Source: an uncultured Candidatus Planktophila sp. (GTDB lineage: Bacteria; Actinomycetota; Actinomycetes; Nanopelagicales; Nanopelagicaceae). From it: 64,000 nt of DNA. Below the pieces are notes generated by a model. The model was given only the letters and a program-made list of their open reading frames with translations. It ran no database searches and was not told the origin of the DNA. Shown here piece by piece: positions 51,245-61,604 of the stretch (positions are counted from its first letter, which is position 1; each line of letters opens with the position of its first letter). The stretch spans positions 23,559 through 87,558 of the forward strand of contig CAYXDT010000005.1 of assembly GCA_964463845.1 (NCBI GenBank), in the 5' to 3' direction. The position numbers and the translations under genes are program-made.

Positions 51245-51270
51245 AACCCCATATATGGGGCCATTATTCC
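51245..51270 (-). promoter_or_regulatory. SigH/SigR-type ECF promoter upstream of clpC
   Basis: Minus strand GGAAT-N18-GTT, an exact match to the actinobacterial SigR/SigH consensus GGAAY-N18-GTT. Confidence 0.65.
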
Positions 51271-51309
51271 CGCAACTGACTAGCGGCTGGCTTGGAGGAT
51301 TTAGAGAGC

Positions 51310-51804
51310 TTAGAGGGTAAGGAGCATCCGGGTATTGCCAAGAGTGTTGGGCTTCACAGATTCCAGATCTAGGAACTCTGCCGTTCCGGCATCGTAGGAG
51401 CGAAGGAGTTGTTGATAAACATCTGGCTCCACTGGTGTGCCATCAATTTCGGTAAATCCATGGCGGCCAAAGAATTCTGTTTGAAAGGTGAGACAGAAAA
51501 TTCTAGAGACTCCAATTTCGCGCGCTCTCTCAATAATTTTCTCAAGTAATTGGTGCCCAATTCCTTGCTTCTGAAAATTCTTCTGTACCGCAACAGTGCG
51601 CACCTCTGCTAAATCTTCCCAGAGGATATGGAGGGCCGCACATCCAACTACTTGGCCATCTATCTCGGCTACTGAAAACTCTTGTACGCTCTCAAAGAGA
51701 GTTACCGTCTCTTTCGCCAGCATCTGTCCTGGTGCGGCATACGAATCAACTAACTCGCGTATCGCCTTAACATCAGAGGTTGTCGCTGGCCTAATCAGAA
51801 GCAT
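51310..51804 (-). CDS. argA: Amino-acid N-acetyltransferase (short GNAT ArgA type)
   Basis: LFESVQEF, VVGCAALHILWEDLAEVRTVAV, FCLTFQTEFF, NTLGNTRML. Confidence 0.85.
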   Translation of the reverse strand: MLLIRPATTSDVKAIRELVDSYAAPGQMLAKETVTLFESVQEFSVAEIDGQVVGCAALHILWEDLAEVRTVAVQKNFQKQGIGHQLLEKIIERAREIGVSRIFCLTFQTEFFGRHGFTEIDGTPVEPDVYQQLLRSYDAGTAEFLDLESVKPNTLGNTRMLLTL

Positions 51805-53315
51805 TATTGATCTACTTCGGGTTTCACAAGTGGAAATAAAATAGTTTCGCGAATTCCAAGCCCAGTGAGCGCCATCAAGAGGCGATCCACACCCATACCC
51901 ATTCCACCCATCGGAGGAGCTCCGAACTCCATGGCGCGCAAGAAATCTTCATCGACCTGCATCGCCTCAAGATCTCCCTTTGCGCCGAGTTGTGCTTGTT
52001 CTACCAAGCGCTCTCTTTGGATTACTGGGTCAATTAGTTCTGAGTAACCGGTCGCTAATTCAAAACCATCGACATATAGATCCCACTTTTCAACGACTCC
52101 CGGAATCTCGCGGTGTGCACGAACTAGCGGAGAGGTATCAACTGGGTAACCCATAACAAAAGTTGGTTCAATTAATTTATCTTGTGCCACATGTTCAAAG
52201 ATCTCTTCAGCGAGCTTGCCAGTAACCCACTTTGGATCAATCTTCATGCCGAGTTTTGTGGCATATCTCTTCAAATCATCGATTGGAGTAAGAGCGGTTA
52301 CCTGCTCTCCGACTCCTTCGGAGATGGCATCGTAAAGTGAGATCTCTCGCCAGGTGCCACCTAAATCTGCCTGTCGTCCATCTTGGTGTGTAACCACATG
52401 AGAGCCGGCAACTGCCAGAGCAGTGTTTTGAATAAGTGAGCGAGTGACATCGGCAATGGTGCGCCAATCACCGTAAGCCATATAGGACTCAACCATCGCA
52501 AATTCAGGTGAGTGCGAAGAATCAGCGCCTTCATTACGGAAATTACGATTTATCTCGAAGACTCTCTCGATACCTCCGACCACACACCGCTTTAAGAATA
52601 GCTCTGGAGCGATGCGCATAAAGAGCTCCATGTCATATGCGTTGCTAAATGTTTTGAAAGGACGGGCAGCAGCGCCACCATGCATTACCTGCAGCATCGG
52701 AGTTTCGACTTCAATAAATTCTTGGCTAGTAAAAGTTTCGCGGAGTGAACGCATGACGGCTGGGCGCATCCGCGCCGCAGTACGCGCTTCGGGGCGAACA
52801 ATTAAATCTACATATCGCATACGCACACGTGTCTCTTCAGACATTGGCTTATGGTCATTTGGCAGTGGACGAAGTGACTTTGCAGCAAGGGTCCAAGAAG
52901 AGGCTAAAATTGAGAGTTCGCCACGCTTTGAGGTAATAATTTCACCCGTAACCGAGACGATGTCACCTAAATCGATATCTGACTTCCAGGCATTCAACTG
53001 TTCTTGACCAACTTTATCCAAGGAGAGCATCGCCTGTAATTCGGTTCCATCGCCCTCGCGTAAAGTAGCAAAGCAGAGTTTTCCAGTATCGCGTTTAAAA
53101 ATTATCCGCCCCGTGAGGCTCTCTATCTCACCGGTTGCAAAATCAATCGCTAAATCAAGATGTTTTTCGCGAATCTCCTTGAGAGATGCGGTTCTGGGTA
53201 CAGAGACTGGATATGGCTCAACTCCACGCTCTAAAAGGCCAGCTCGCTTTTCACGCCGGATGCGCAGTTGCTCGGGCAGATCTTCATCAATTGCAGGCGT
53301 AGCGTCTTGAGTCAT
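51804..53315 (-). CDS. lysS: Lysyl-tRNA synthetase class II
   Basis: OB fold (GKLCFATL), [29 protein letters not shown]. Confidence 0.98.
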   Translation of the reverse strand: MTQDATPAIDEDLPEQLRIRREKRAGLLERGVEPYPVSVPRTASLKEIREKHLDLAIDFATGEIESLTGRIIFKRDTGKLCFATLREGDGTELQAMLSLDKVGQEQLNAWKSDIDLGDIVSVTGEIITSKRGELSILASSWTLAAKSLRPLPNDHKPMSEETRVRMRYVDLIVRPEARTAARMRPAVMRSLRETFTSQEFIEVETPMLQVMHGGAAARPFKTFSNAYDMELFMRIAPELFLKRCVVGGIERVFEINRNFRNEGADSSHSPEFAMVESYMAYGDWRTIADVTRSLIQNTALAVAGSHVVTHQDGRQADLGGTWREISLYDAISEGVGEQVTALTPIDDLKRYATKLGMKIDPKWVTGKLAEEIFEHVAQDKLIEPTFVMGYPVDTSPLVRAHREIPGVVEKWDLYVDGFELATGYSELIDPVIQRERLVEQAQLGAKGDLEAMQVDEDFLRAMEFGAPPMGGMGMGVDRLLMALTGLGIRETILFPLVKPEVDQ

Positions 53316-53348
53316 AGTGAGAAGAGTCTACCCCGTGCGCATCTTTTC

Positions 53349-54116
53349 TTAAGAAAGGTTCTTCTCATGAATTAGGCGCAGACCAATTAAGGTCAAATCG
53401 GGCTCATGCTTATCAATCATTTGCGAGACGCCAATTATTAGCGGTGCGAGTCCACCTGTTGCAATAACAGTTGGGGCATCGTCATAACTTTGCGCTAGCT
53501 CATCGATGATCCGCTCAACCAAGCCATCTACTTGGCCGGCAAAGCCAAAGATAGTCCCCGATTGCAGCGCTTCCACGGTGTTCTTACCGATGACATTCTT
53601 AGGGCGAATCAACTCAACTTTACGTAGTTGTGCAGCGCGCGCAGCAAGTGCATCAACTGATATTTCAATTCCGGGCGCCAGCGCACCACCGAGAAACTCT
53701 CCCTTTGGCGAGACCACATCTAGATTAGTTGACGTTCCAAAATCTACGACAATTGCTGGTCCACCAAAGAGGGTATGCGCAGCCAGAGTATTAACAATTC
53801 GATCAGCCCCAATCTCTTTTGGATTGTCGACTAATAACTGAACACCAGTCTTAGTACCTGGCTCAACAATTGTGGTTGGAATATCAGAGAAATATCCATC
53901 AATCATCGTGCGCAACTCTCGTAGGGTTGCTGGTACGGTCGAGCAGATTGAAAGTCCAGTTAGTTTATACCCACTTACCAATGCGCTGTATTGGAGCCAG
54001 AGTTCATCTGCAGTTGTTCGAGGATCTGTTTTAACCCGCCAAGACTTTACTAACTCTGTCTTATCAAAGATTCCTAAGACAGTATTGGTATTGCCCACAT
54101 CTATCGTCAATAACAT
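53349..54116 (-). CDS. coaX: Type III pantothenate kinase
   Basis: TIDVGNTN, GADRIVN, VVDFGTSTNLD, IATGGLA. Confidence 0.96.
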   Translation of the reverse strand: MLLTIDVGNTNTVLGIFDKTELVKSWRVKTDPRTTADELWLQYSALVSGYKLTGLSICSTVPATLRELRTMIDGYFSDIPTTIVEPGTKTGVQLLVDNPKEIGADRIVNTLAAHTLFGGPAIVVDFGTSTNLDVVSPKGEFLGGALAPGIEISVDALAARAAQLRKVELIRPKNVIGKNTVEALQSGTIFGFAGQVDGLVERIIDELAQSYDDAPTVIATGGLAPLIIGVSQMIDKHEPDLTLIGLRLIHEKNLS

Positions 54117-54118
54117 AA

Positions 54119-54943
54119 CTACTCCGCTCTCAAATCTAGGCCAATATCTAAAACTGGTGCGCTATGTGTTAGAGCGCCAATCGCCAGAAAGTCAACGCCT
54201 GTTGCAGCGTAAGCGGCGGCGCTCTCTAGAGTGATTCCACCGGATGCCTCCAACTTGCTTCTGCCTGCAACTATCTCTACCGCTGCCGCACAATCTTTGG
54301 GTGACATATTGTCGAGTAGAATTTCATCTGGATTTAGCGGAAGTACTTCCTGCAACTGCTGCAAAGTATCTACCTCAACCTCAATCGGGGCATTGGGATA
54401 AAGCTTTCGCACCTTTGCAAAGGCTGCTGCAACACCTCCAGCGGCCACTATGTGATTATCTTTTATAAGTGCAGCTGCGCTAAGAGAGATTCTGTGGTTA
54501 ATTCCACCACCCATGCGCACCGCATATTTCTCTAACTCGCGCATTCCAGGTGTGGTCTTACGAGTATCGCGAATTCGGCACTTGCTCTTACCTACTGCGC
54601 TCACCCAGGTATTGGTAAGGGATGCAATGCCACTTAGGTGTCCCAGAAAATTGAGAGCGGTGCGTTCTGCCAGAAGAATCGCTCGCGTATTGCCGCGCAC
54701 CGTCATTAAAACCGTTCCAGCAACGACGCTATCCCCATCTGCACAGTAAGTTTTTATCTCACTTAAACCAACTTCGGCAAGCACTGCCTTAGCCATATCT
54801 AAACCAGCAATCACACCAGATTGCCGTGCGACAAAATCAGCTACCGCATTATCGCCTTCGTTTACAGTTGCAACAGAAGTTATATCTTCGCCACCCTGTA
54901 AATCTTCAGCTATCGCTCTCTTAATCAGCTCAAGATCTATCAT
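54119..54943 (-). CDS. nadC: Quinolinate phosphoribosyltransferase
   Basis: AERTALNFL, DTRKTTPG, LIKDNH, EVEVD, LLDNM, EASGGI. Confidence 0.97.
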   Translation of the reverse strand: MIDLELIKRAIAEDLQGGEDITSVATVNEGDNAVADFVARQSGVIAGLDMAKAVLAEVGLSEIKTYCADGDSVVAGTVLMTVRGNTRAILLAERTALNFLGHLSGIASLTNTWVSAVGKSKCRIRDTRKTTPGMRELEKYAVRMGGGINHRISLSAAALIKDNHIVAAGGVAAAFAKVRKLYPNAPIEVEVDTLQQLQEVLPLNPDEILLDNMSPKDCAAAVEIVAGRSKLEASGGITLESAAAYAATGVDFLAIGALTHSAPVLDIGLDLRAE

Positions 54944-56553
54944 GAATTTCCCACCTCCTGATAGCCGCTAGTCCAGTGCCCTACCTGGTCTAATTGCTGC
55001 ACAATACGTTTCTTCCACAGAGCACTTGTCTCAGGAAAATCTTCCCTCCAATGGGAACCGCGCGTCTCTTGTCGAATGAGCGCCGCCCGCAGAATAGCTT
55101 GAGCTAATTGAAATAGATTTGTTGACTCCCATGCTTCTACACATGGCTGCGTACTCTTCTTATCTTCAATTCGAGTCAACTCTGCACTAGTTTTGAGAAG
55201 TGAATCAGCAGAGCGTAGAACTCCGGCGCCACGACTCATATTTATTTGAATCTCATGGCGCACTGATGGATCAAGTAAAATCGCTGGAGATGAATTCTCC
55301 ACAGGTTCACTTAACTCTGGGAGGTTTTGAGCAATATTTGCTGCAATTCTTGCGCTAAAAACTAGCCCTTCGAGCAGAGAGTTGGAAGCTAGACGATTAG
55401 CGCCATGAACACCTGAACACGCTGTCTCACCGCATGCATATAAACCGCTAACGCTAGTCCTGCCATTGATATCAACCCGAACTCCTCCAGATGCGTAATG
55501 TGAAGCTGGCGCCACTGGAATTAGATCTTTCAGTGGATCAATTCCATTTGTAGCGCATGAGGCGTAAATTGTTGGAAAGCGTTCTTTAAAATTCTCTAGA
55601 TGACGAACATCTAACCAAACATGTTGTGCACCAGTCTCATTCATGATTCGCATTATTGATATCGCTACAACATCGCGTGGTGCAAGTTCGGCAAGGGGAT
55701 GAATATCTTGCATAAATCTTTCTCCTGCAGAATTTAAGAGATAGGCGCCTTCTCCGCGCACCGCTTCGCTGATTAGGGGTTGCTGTCCCTCTGAATTCTC
55801 GCCCAACCAAAGTACAGTTGGATGAAATTGGATAAATTCCACATCAGCTACCTGAGCTCCAGCACGCAAGGCCAGGGCTACGCCATCTCCAGTTGAGACA
55901 GATGGATTTGTTGTCTGGGCAAATACTTGGCCCAATCCACCGGTTGCCAAGACGACAGCGCGGGCCAATCCCCGACCAACACCATCGCGTGAACCTGCAC
56001 CAATTACATGGAGCGTGACACCGCAAACTTCCCCCGCCTCGTTTTTAAGCGCATCTAAAACTAGGGCATTTTCGACTACCTCAATCTCAGGGTCATCTTG
56101 TACAGCAGCAAGGAGTGCACGCGAAACTTCTGCGCCAGTTGCATCTCCTCCGGCATGCAGGATGCGATTGCGCAAGTGGCCACCTTCGCGAGTAAGAGCA
56201 ATCTCACCGCTATCTTCTTTATCAAAGATGGCGCCACGTTCAATAAGTTTTCTAACTGCCTCTGGACCTTCAGTAACAAGAATTCGTACCGCCGGAACAT
56301 CACATAGCCCAGCACCTGCCACCAAGGTATCTTTCTCGTGATCTTCTGGTGAGTCGCCATCGCCAAGAGCTGCTGCTATTCCACCCTGCGCCCACTTAGT
56401 GGAACCTTCATCAACGCTGGCCTTAGTTACCAACAGAACTGATAGGCCAAAGGTGCGACATTGCAGCGCAGTTGTGAGCCCAGCAATTCCTGATCCAACA
56501 ACTATGACATCAGCGGTAGCAGTCCATCCTGCAGGGGGTGCAAGTAACTTCAT
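54940..56553 (-). CDS. nadB: L-aspartate oxidase
   Basis: VGSGIAGL, TKWAQGGIAA, EGGHLRNRILHAGGDATG, QFHPT, HGANRLASNSLLEG. Confidence 0.96.
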   Translation of the reverse strand: MKLLAPPAGWTATADVIVVGSGIAGLTTALQCRTFGLSVLLVTKASVDEGSTKWAQGGIAAALGDGDSPEDHEKDTLVAGAGLCDVPAVRILVTEGPEAVRKLIERGAIFDKEDSGEIALTREGGHLRNRILHAGGDATGAEVSRALLAAVQDDPEIEVVENALVLDALKNEAGEVCGVTLHVIGAGSRDGVGRGLARAVVLATGGLGQVFAQTTNPSVSTGDGVALALRAGAQVADVEFIQFHPTVLWLGENSEGQQPLISEAVRGEGAYLLNSAGERFMQDIHPLAELAPRDVVAISIMRIMNETGAQHVWLDVRHLENFKERFPTIYASCATNGIDPLKDLIPVAPASHYASGGVRVDINGRTSVSGLYACGETACSGVHGANRLASNSLLEGLVFSARIAANIAQNLPELSEPVENSSPAILLDPSVRHEIQINMSRGAGVLRSADSLLKTSAELTRIEDKKSTQPCVEAWESTNLFQLAQAILRAALIRQETRGSHWREDFPETSALWKKRIVQQLDQVGHWTSGYQEVGNS

Positions 56554-57335
56554 TTCAGCTCCCCTTTCTGCAACTTCTCAATCTCTCTATTGTCAATCAA
56601 GCGGATGCCATTTATCCACCCAGCAACTATGGCACGAACCTCTTTACTCTCGCTCTTTGCGTGAGTGAAGTCACGCGGATCAATGAAATCTGCATAATCT
56701 AAGGTGAATAAGGGTTCGGTCGTTAGTAAATTTCTTAACTCATCAGCTGATTTGGCGTTAGATAGTGCATGAAAGATGATTGCCGCAGCATCACGTTCCT
56801 CTACAGAGAGTCGGACATTGCGCGAGGACATAGCCAGACCACTTGGTTCACGCATTGTTGGGGCAGAGATAATCTCAACTTCATCTGCAATCATTTTGAT
56901 TAGCTGCAACTGCTGAAAATCTTTCTCTCCAAAGATTGCCACTTTTGGTCTTACTAAATCAAATAGTCTGCGAACTACTGTTACAACACCATCAAAGTGT
57001 CCTGGTCTAGATTTACCTTCATAGATTTCACCTAGAGGACCTGCAGAAATACTGGAAAATCCGGTTGGATAAATCTCTTCACGTGTTGGAAACCAGAGAT
57101 GGGTTACTCCAGCAGATTCAGCAATTGCAATATCTTCATCTGGCGTACGTGGGTAAAGCGCTAGATCGCTTTCATTCTCAAATTGCAATGGATTTATGAA
57201 AATACTAGCCACAATATCTTTGGAGTATCTCTGCGCCAGCGAGAATAGTGAGGCATGCCCAGCATGCAGAGCGCCCATAGTTGGAATAAAGGCGCAGCCC
57301 AAAGGAAGTGCGCTGGCGTTATCTACTACTTTCAT
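56550..57335 (-). CDS. panC: Pantoate-beta-alanine ligase
   Basis: PTMGALHAGH, SIFINPLQF, RPGHFDGV, FGEKDFQQL, GLAMSSRN, RLIDN. Confidence 0.97.
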   Translation of the reverse strand: MKVVDNASALPLGCAFIPTMGALHAGHASLFSLAQRYSKDIVASIFINPLQFENESDLALYPRTPDEDIAIAESAGVTHLWFPTREEIYPTGFSSISAGPLGEIYEGKSRPGHFDGVVTVVRRLFDLVRPKVAIFGEKDFQQLQLIKMIADEVEIISAPTMREPSGLAMSSRNVRLSVEERDAAAIIFHALSNAKSADELRNLLTTEPLFTLDYADFIDPRDFTHAKSESKEVRAIVAGWINGIRLIDNREIEKLQKGELK

Positions 57336-57339
57336 GGCT

Positions 57340-57359
57340 CCAGTCCTTTCAGGTACCGG
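57340..57359 (-). promoter_or_regulatory. Hairpin overlapping the panC ribosome-binding site
   Basis: Minus strand CCGGT-A-CC-TGAAA-GG-ACTGG then agccATG; stem with one bulged A. Confidence 0.4.
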
Positions 57360-57386
57360 GCAGGCAGTTGCATTAAGTCTAAAGAG

Positions 57387-57833
57387 TTAAGTCAATTGCT
57401 CCAAAAGTTCGGCAACTTTCCCGTGTGTGAGCAGCACTGCATCCGGTTCAATCTCTAGCCATGGCGCAAGGACAAAGCGCCTTTCAAATGCGCGTGGGTG
57501 AGGCAATTCCAGCTCTGTCGCCTTACTAATCAGAGAGCCATACTGGATCAAATCTAAATCAATCGTGCGCGGCCCCCATCTCTCAGCGCGTTCACGGCCA
57601 AGTGATTTTTCAATTCCGTGTAGCAACGAGAGCAAGTCGATAGCGGGAAGTTCACTTTCCACAATAGCTACTGCGTTGAGAAAATCTGGTTGAACCGGCC
57701 CACCTACTGGAGAGGTGCGATGATATTTAGATATTGCAAGCACATCAGTTGCCTGGCGTAACATGGCAACTGCTAAATCCATCTGCTCCTGCGGGTTGCC
57801 AATGTTTGCACCAAGTGCGATAACTGCCTTCAT
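57387..57833 (-). CDS. folK: 2-amino-4-hydroxy-6-hydroxymethyldihydropteridine diphosphokinase
   Basis: IALGANIG, FLNAV, RWGPRTIDLDL, LPHPR..RRFVL. Confidence 0.96.
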   Translation of the reverse strand: MKAVIALGANIGNPQEQMDLAVAMLRQATDVLAISKYHRTSPVGGPVQPDFLNAVAIVESELPAIDLLSLLHGIEKSLGRERAERWGPRTIDLDLIQYGSLISKATELELPHPRAFERRFVLAPWLEIEPDAVLLTHGKVAELLEQLT

Positions 57834-58186
57834 CGCGAGATAGTTACCGAGATATCTGCAACTTCAGATGAGACTGGGGCCTTGGGCTTGTGAACCGTTA
57901 CTGCAATAAATTCAATCTCAGGATGCTTCAGCTTAATACGATCAGCGATTCTGCCTGCAAGTCTTTCAATTAGAGCCACTCGTTCCCCTGTTATCTCTTC
58001 AACCACTAAATCGGTTAGGGCTCCGTAGTCGATAGTGTCTGCCAGATCATCGCTAGTGCTAGCTTTTGCCAAATCGCAGTAGATATCAAGGTCAACATAA
58101 AAATCTTGACCATTCTTTGCTTCATGTTCGAAGACGCCGTGATAGCCGAAAGCGCGAATTCCCTTAAGGGTTATCTGATCACTCAT
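57830..58186 (-). CDS. folB: Dihydroneopterin aldolase
   Basis: GYHGVFEHE..GQDFYVDL, TIDYG, VTVHKPKAP. Confidence 0.96.
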   Translation of the reverse strand: MSDQITLKGIRAFGYHGVFEHEAKNGQDFYVDLDIYCDLAKASTSDDLADTIDYGALTDLVVEEITGERVALIERLAGRIADRIKLKHPEIEFIAVTVHKPKAPVSSEVADISVTISR

Positions 58187-58938
58187 GTTTTTAAGACCGC
58201 AACATTGCTCTTCACACCATGAACTCTAACTGCCCAAATTCCCTTACCGATTAATGACTTCGTTACAGATACAGTGGCCGCTTCGCGCTCCTCGGGCGAG
58301 CCGGAACCTAAGAAGCGTTTACGAGAATGTCCGATAAGAATTGGGTATCCCATTGCAGTAAATTCATCTATCCGATTGAGAATCTCCCAGTTATGTTCTG
58401 GATCTTTAGCAAATCCCAGCCCTGGGTCGAGGATGATATTTTCCCGAGCGATTCCAGCGGCCAGGGCTTTCTCTAGCGAGATAGTAACTTCTTCAATCAC
58501 ATCTGCTACTACATCATTGTAAATTGCCTTTGCATCCATATCTTTGGAGTGGCCTCTCCAATGCATCAAGGTGTATTTACATCCAAGGGCTGCAACAGTT
58601 GCAAACATCTCTGGATCGGCTGCTCCTCCGCTTACATCATTAACAATTGTGGCCCCAGCTTCCACGGCAAGCTTGGCTGTTTCAGCGCGCATGGTGTCAA
58701 TGCTTATAACGGTATCTTCCTTACTGAGCGCTCGTACTACTGGAAGAACTCTGGCCTGCTCCTCTTCGGCAGTTACGCGCTCTGCTCCAGGGCGAGTGGA
58801 CTCTCCTCCAATATCAATAATGTCGACACCTTCATCAATCATCTCTAAACCACGCGCAATCGCTAACTGGGTGTCAAAGAAGAGTCCGCCATCTGCAAAA
58901 GAATCAGGGGTGACATTTAAAATACCCATGACCAACAT
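58183..58938 (-). CDS. folP: Dihydropteroate synthase
   Basis: MGILNVTPDSFADGG, IGGESTRPGA, LDPGLGFAK, GHSRKRF, VRVHGV. Confidence 0.97.
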   Translation of the reverse strand: MLVMGILNVTPDSFADGGLFFDTQLAIARGLEMIDEGVDIIDIGGESTRPGAERVTAEEEQARVLPVVRALSKEDTVISIDTMRAETAKLAVEAGATIVNDVSGGAADPEMFATVAALGCKYTLMHWRGHSKDMDAKAIYNDVVADVIEEVTISLEKALAAGIARENIILDPGLGFAKDPEHNWEILNRIDEFTAMGYPILIGHSRKRFLGSGSPEEREAATVSVTKSLIGKGIWAVRVHGVKSNVAVLKT

Positions 58939-58943
58939 ATTTG

Positions 58944-59555
58944 CTACCGATTTGTGATGAGGCTGATTGCTTCGGCGCGAGTTGTGGCATCACGCAAAAC
59001 TCCACGCACCGCAGATGTTGTAGTGCGAGCTTGCGATTTTTTAACACCACGCATAGACATACAAAGATGTTCACAATCAATAATCACAATCACACCCATA
59101 GGTTTAAGAATCTCCACCAAGGCATCTGCGATCTGAGTCGTTAGTCTCTCTTGCACCTGCGGGCGCCGCGCAAACAAATCTACTAGGCGAGCAACTTTCG
59201 ATAGGCCAGTGATTTTGCCGCTAGGGATATAGCCCACATGTGCAACGCCATGAAAAGGAGTTAGATGATGTTCGCAGTGAGAAAAAACTTCTATATCGCG
59301 AATAATTACCAACTCTTCATGTCCTATATCAAAGGTGGTCGTAAGGACATCCTCAGGTTTCTGCCAAAGTCCCTCAAAATTTTCCTTAAATGCTCGGGCA
59401 ACTCTGGCTGGAGTCTCCTTCAGCCCTTCTCGTTCTGGATCTTCTCCTAGAGCTAATAGCAGTTCGCGAACTGCGCGCTCTGCTCGCTCTTGATCGTAGG
59501 GATGAGCAGCCTGACCGTCAGCTGGTCCCATAGATATGGATGAAATCTCACTCAC
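58944..59555 (-). CDS. folE: GTP cyclohydrolase I
   Basis: [38 protein letters not shown]; GTG 59555 overlaps ftsH end (ATG 59531 alternative). Confidence 0.95.
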   Translation of the reverse strand: MSEISSISMGPADGQAAHPYDQERAERAVRELLLALGEDPEREGLKETPARVARAFKENFEGLWQKPEDVLTTTFDIGHEELVIIRDIEVFSHCEHHLTPFHGVAHVGYIPSGKITGLSKVARLVDLFARRPQVQERLTTQIADALVEILKPMGVIVIIDCEHLCMSMRGVKKSQARTTTSAVRGVLRDATTRAEAISLITNR

Positions 59556-61596
59556 TCGAAGAAGCCTTCTTAACGCGCCGCGGCTTCTTAGGTTCAGCAA
59601 CTGCAACTACCTTCTCTGGGATAGCTACCGGCGGCTGTGCAGATGGCAGACGAGTTGCAGATCCTGTCCATGCCGGACGCTTTGGCCAAGCTGTAACCTT
59701 CTTAAATATCTCGGCGATATCTTCTTTGTTGAGCGTCTCTCGTTCCAGAAGTTGTAAGACCATTTCATCAAGGATGGTGCGATTTGCCTCAAGAATTTCA
59801 TAGGCCTCTTGATGGGCGTTAGATATCAATACTCTGATTTCAGCATCAACAACTGCTGCTAAATTCTCAGAGTAATCACGCTGATGTCCGTAGTCGCGCC
59901 CCATAAATGGTGCTGATGCATCAGCGCCTAACTTGATCGCACCAATTGCCTCAGTCATTCCATATTGCGTAACCATTGCGCGCGCTAGCGCAGTTGCCTT
60001 TTCGATGTCATTAGATGCACCGGTGGAGGGGTCATGGAAGATAAGTTCTTCCGCAGCACGTCCACCAAGTGAATATGCCAACTGATCAAGGAGTTGATTA
60101 CGTGTGGTGGAGTACTTGTCATCATCAGGCAACACCATGGTGTAACCCAGTGCGCGACCGCGCGGCATGATCGTTATCTTATGAACAGGATCTGTATGTG
60201 GAAGTGCATGCGCAACAAGTGCATGTCCAGCCTCGTGATAAGCGGTAACTCTGCGCTCTTCCTCAGACATCAATCTTGACTTACGTTGTGGTCCAGCCAT
60301 TACCCGATCAATAGCTTCATCAATCTGCAGGTTAGAGATGGTCTTTAGCCCTTCACGTGCAGTTAACAGCGCTGCCTCATTTAAAACATTGGCAAGATCT
60401 GCTCCCGTAAATCCAGGTGTACGACGAGCGTAAGCTAATAGTTCGACATCCTTAGAGATCGGCTTATCTTTGGCATGCACCTTTAGTATCTCTTCACGTC
60501 CCTTTAAATCAGGGCGCTCTACTGGAATCTGTCGATCAAAGCGGCCTGGGCGCAGAAGAGCTGGATCTAAAACATCAGGTCTATTGGTAGCTGCAATAAG
60601 AATGACTTGGCCATTTGTCTCAAAGCCATCCATCTCAACAAGTAACTGATTTAACGTTTGTTCGCGTTCATCATGTCCGCCACCCATACCCGCACCGCGT
60701 TGACGACCTACTGCATCAATTTCATCAACAAAGATAATTGCTGGAGCATTCGCCTTAGCCTGCGTAAAGAGATCGCGGACTCGCGCTGCACCAACACCTA
60801 CAAACATCTCCACAAAATCAGAGCCAGAGATTGAATAGAAAGGAACCTTGGCTTCGCCAGCCACAGCCCGCGCTAAGAGCGTCTTACCAGTACCGGGTGG
60901 GCCGTAAAGCAGCACGCCTTTTGGAATCTTTGCGCCAAGGAGTGCGTACTTGGCTGGATCCGCTAGGAAATCTTTAATCTCCTCGAGCTCTGCGATTGCC
61001 TCATCGCTACCTGCTACATCAGCAAAGGTATTCTGTGGAACATCGTTATCTTGCAATTTGGCGCGGGACTTACCAAATGAGAAGACACGATTTCCGCCTT
61101 GGGCGCGACTTAAGAAATATAGGAATACCAGTCCAATAATTAAGAATGGTCCAAAGGTGAAGAAGAAAGTTGTTAGGAAAGATTGCCTTGGGACTTCAAC
61201 GCTCCAGCCTTTTGCAGGCGGATTAGCGGTAAGGGCATCAACCAGAGTTGGTTCTTGGCGCGCTACATAAGAGGCTTCTACCTTTGTTGATCCCTTGATG
61301 GAATTTCCAGCAGAGAGAATTAATTTAATCCTCTGGCTCTTATCCACTAAGACTGCAGATTCAACCTGCGCCTGGGAGATGGCATCTAGCGCCTGCGAAG
61401 TTTGGATTTCGGTATAGCGATTGGTAACGCTGGAAATCTGCCCAAAAATTGTTACAGTAAAAATTGCCACGATAATCCAGAAGAGTGGTCCACGTAAAAT
61501 CTTCTGTGAGCGAGTTTGTGGAGCTTTTTTAGCACCTTCTACTTTTATCGGCTTTGTACTCTTTTTCACCTTCTTAAATGGGTTATTAATAGTCAT
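59548..61596 (-). CDS. ftsH: ATP-dependent zinc metalloprotease FtsH
   Basis: [36 protein letters not shown] zinc motif. Confidence 0.98.
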   Translation of the reverse strand: MTINNPFKKVKKSTKPIKVEGAKKAPQTRSQKILRGPLFWIIVAIFTVTIFGQISSVTNRYTEIQTSQALDAISQAQVESAVLVDKSQRIKLILSAGNSIKGSTKVEASYVARQEPTLVDALTANPPAKGWSVEVPRQSFLTTFFFTFGPFLIIGLVFLYFLSRAQGGNRVFSFGKSRAKLQDNDVPQNTFADVAGSDEAIAELEEIKDFLADPAKYALLGAKIPKGVLLYGPPGTGKTLLARAVAGEAKVPFYSISGSDFVEMFVGVGAARVRDLFTQAKANAPAIIFVDEIDAVGRQRGAGMGGGHDEREQTLNQLLVEMDGFETNGQVILIAATNRPDVLDPALLRPGRFDRQIPVERPDLKGREEILKVHAKDKPISKDVELLAYARRTPGFTGADLANVLNEAALLTAREGLKTISNLQIDEAIDRVMAGPQRKSRLMSEEERRVTAYHEAGHALVAHALPHTDPVHKITIMPRGRALGYTMVLPDDDKYSTTRNQLLDQLAYSLGGRAAEELIFHDPSTGASNDIEKATALARAMVTQYGMTEAIGAIKLGADASAPFMGRDYGHQRDYSENLAAVVDAEIRVLISNAHQEAYEILEANRTILDEMVLQLLERETLNKEDIAEIFKKVTAWPKRPAWTGSATRLPSAQPPVAIPEKVVAVAEPKKPRRVKKASSSE

Positions 61597-61604
61597 GATA
61601 TTTC

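Noticed and set aside
61500-61596. Lys-rich N-terminal extension of FtsH
   Set aside because: A basic cytoplasmic segment before TM1 fits the positive-inside rule; there is no evidence of a separate function.
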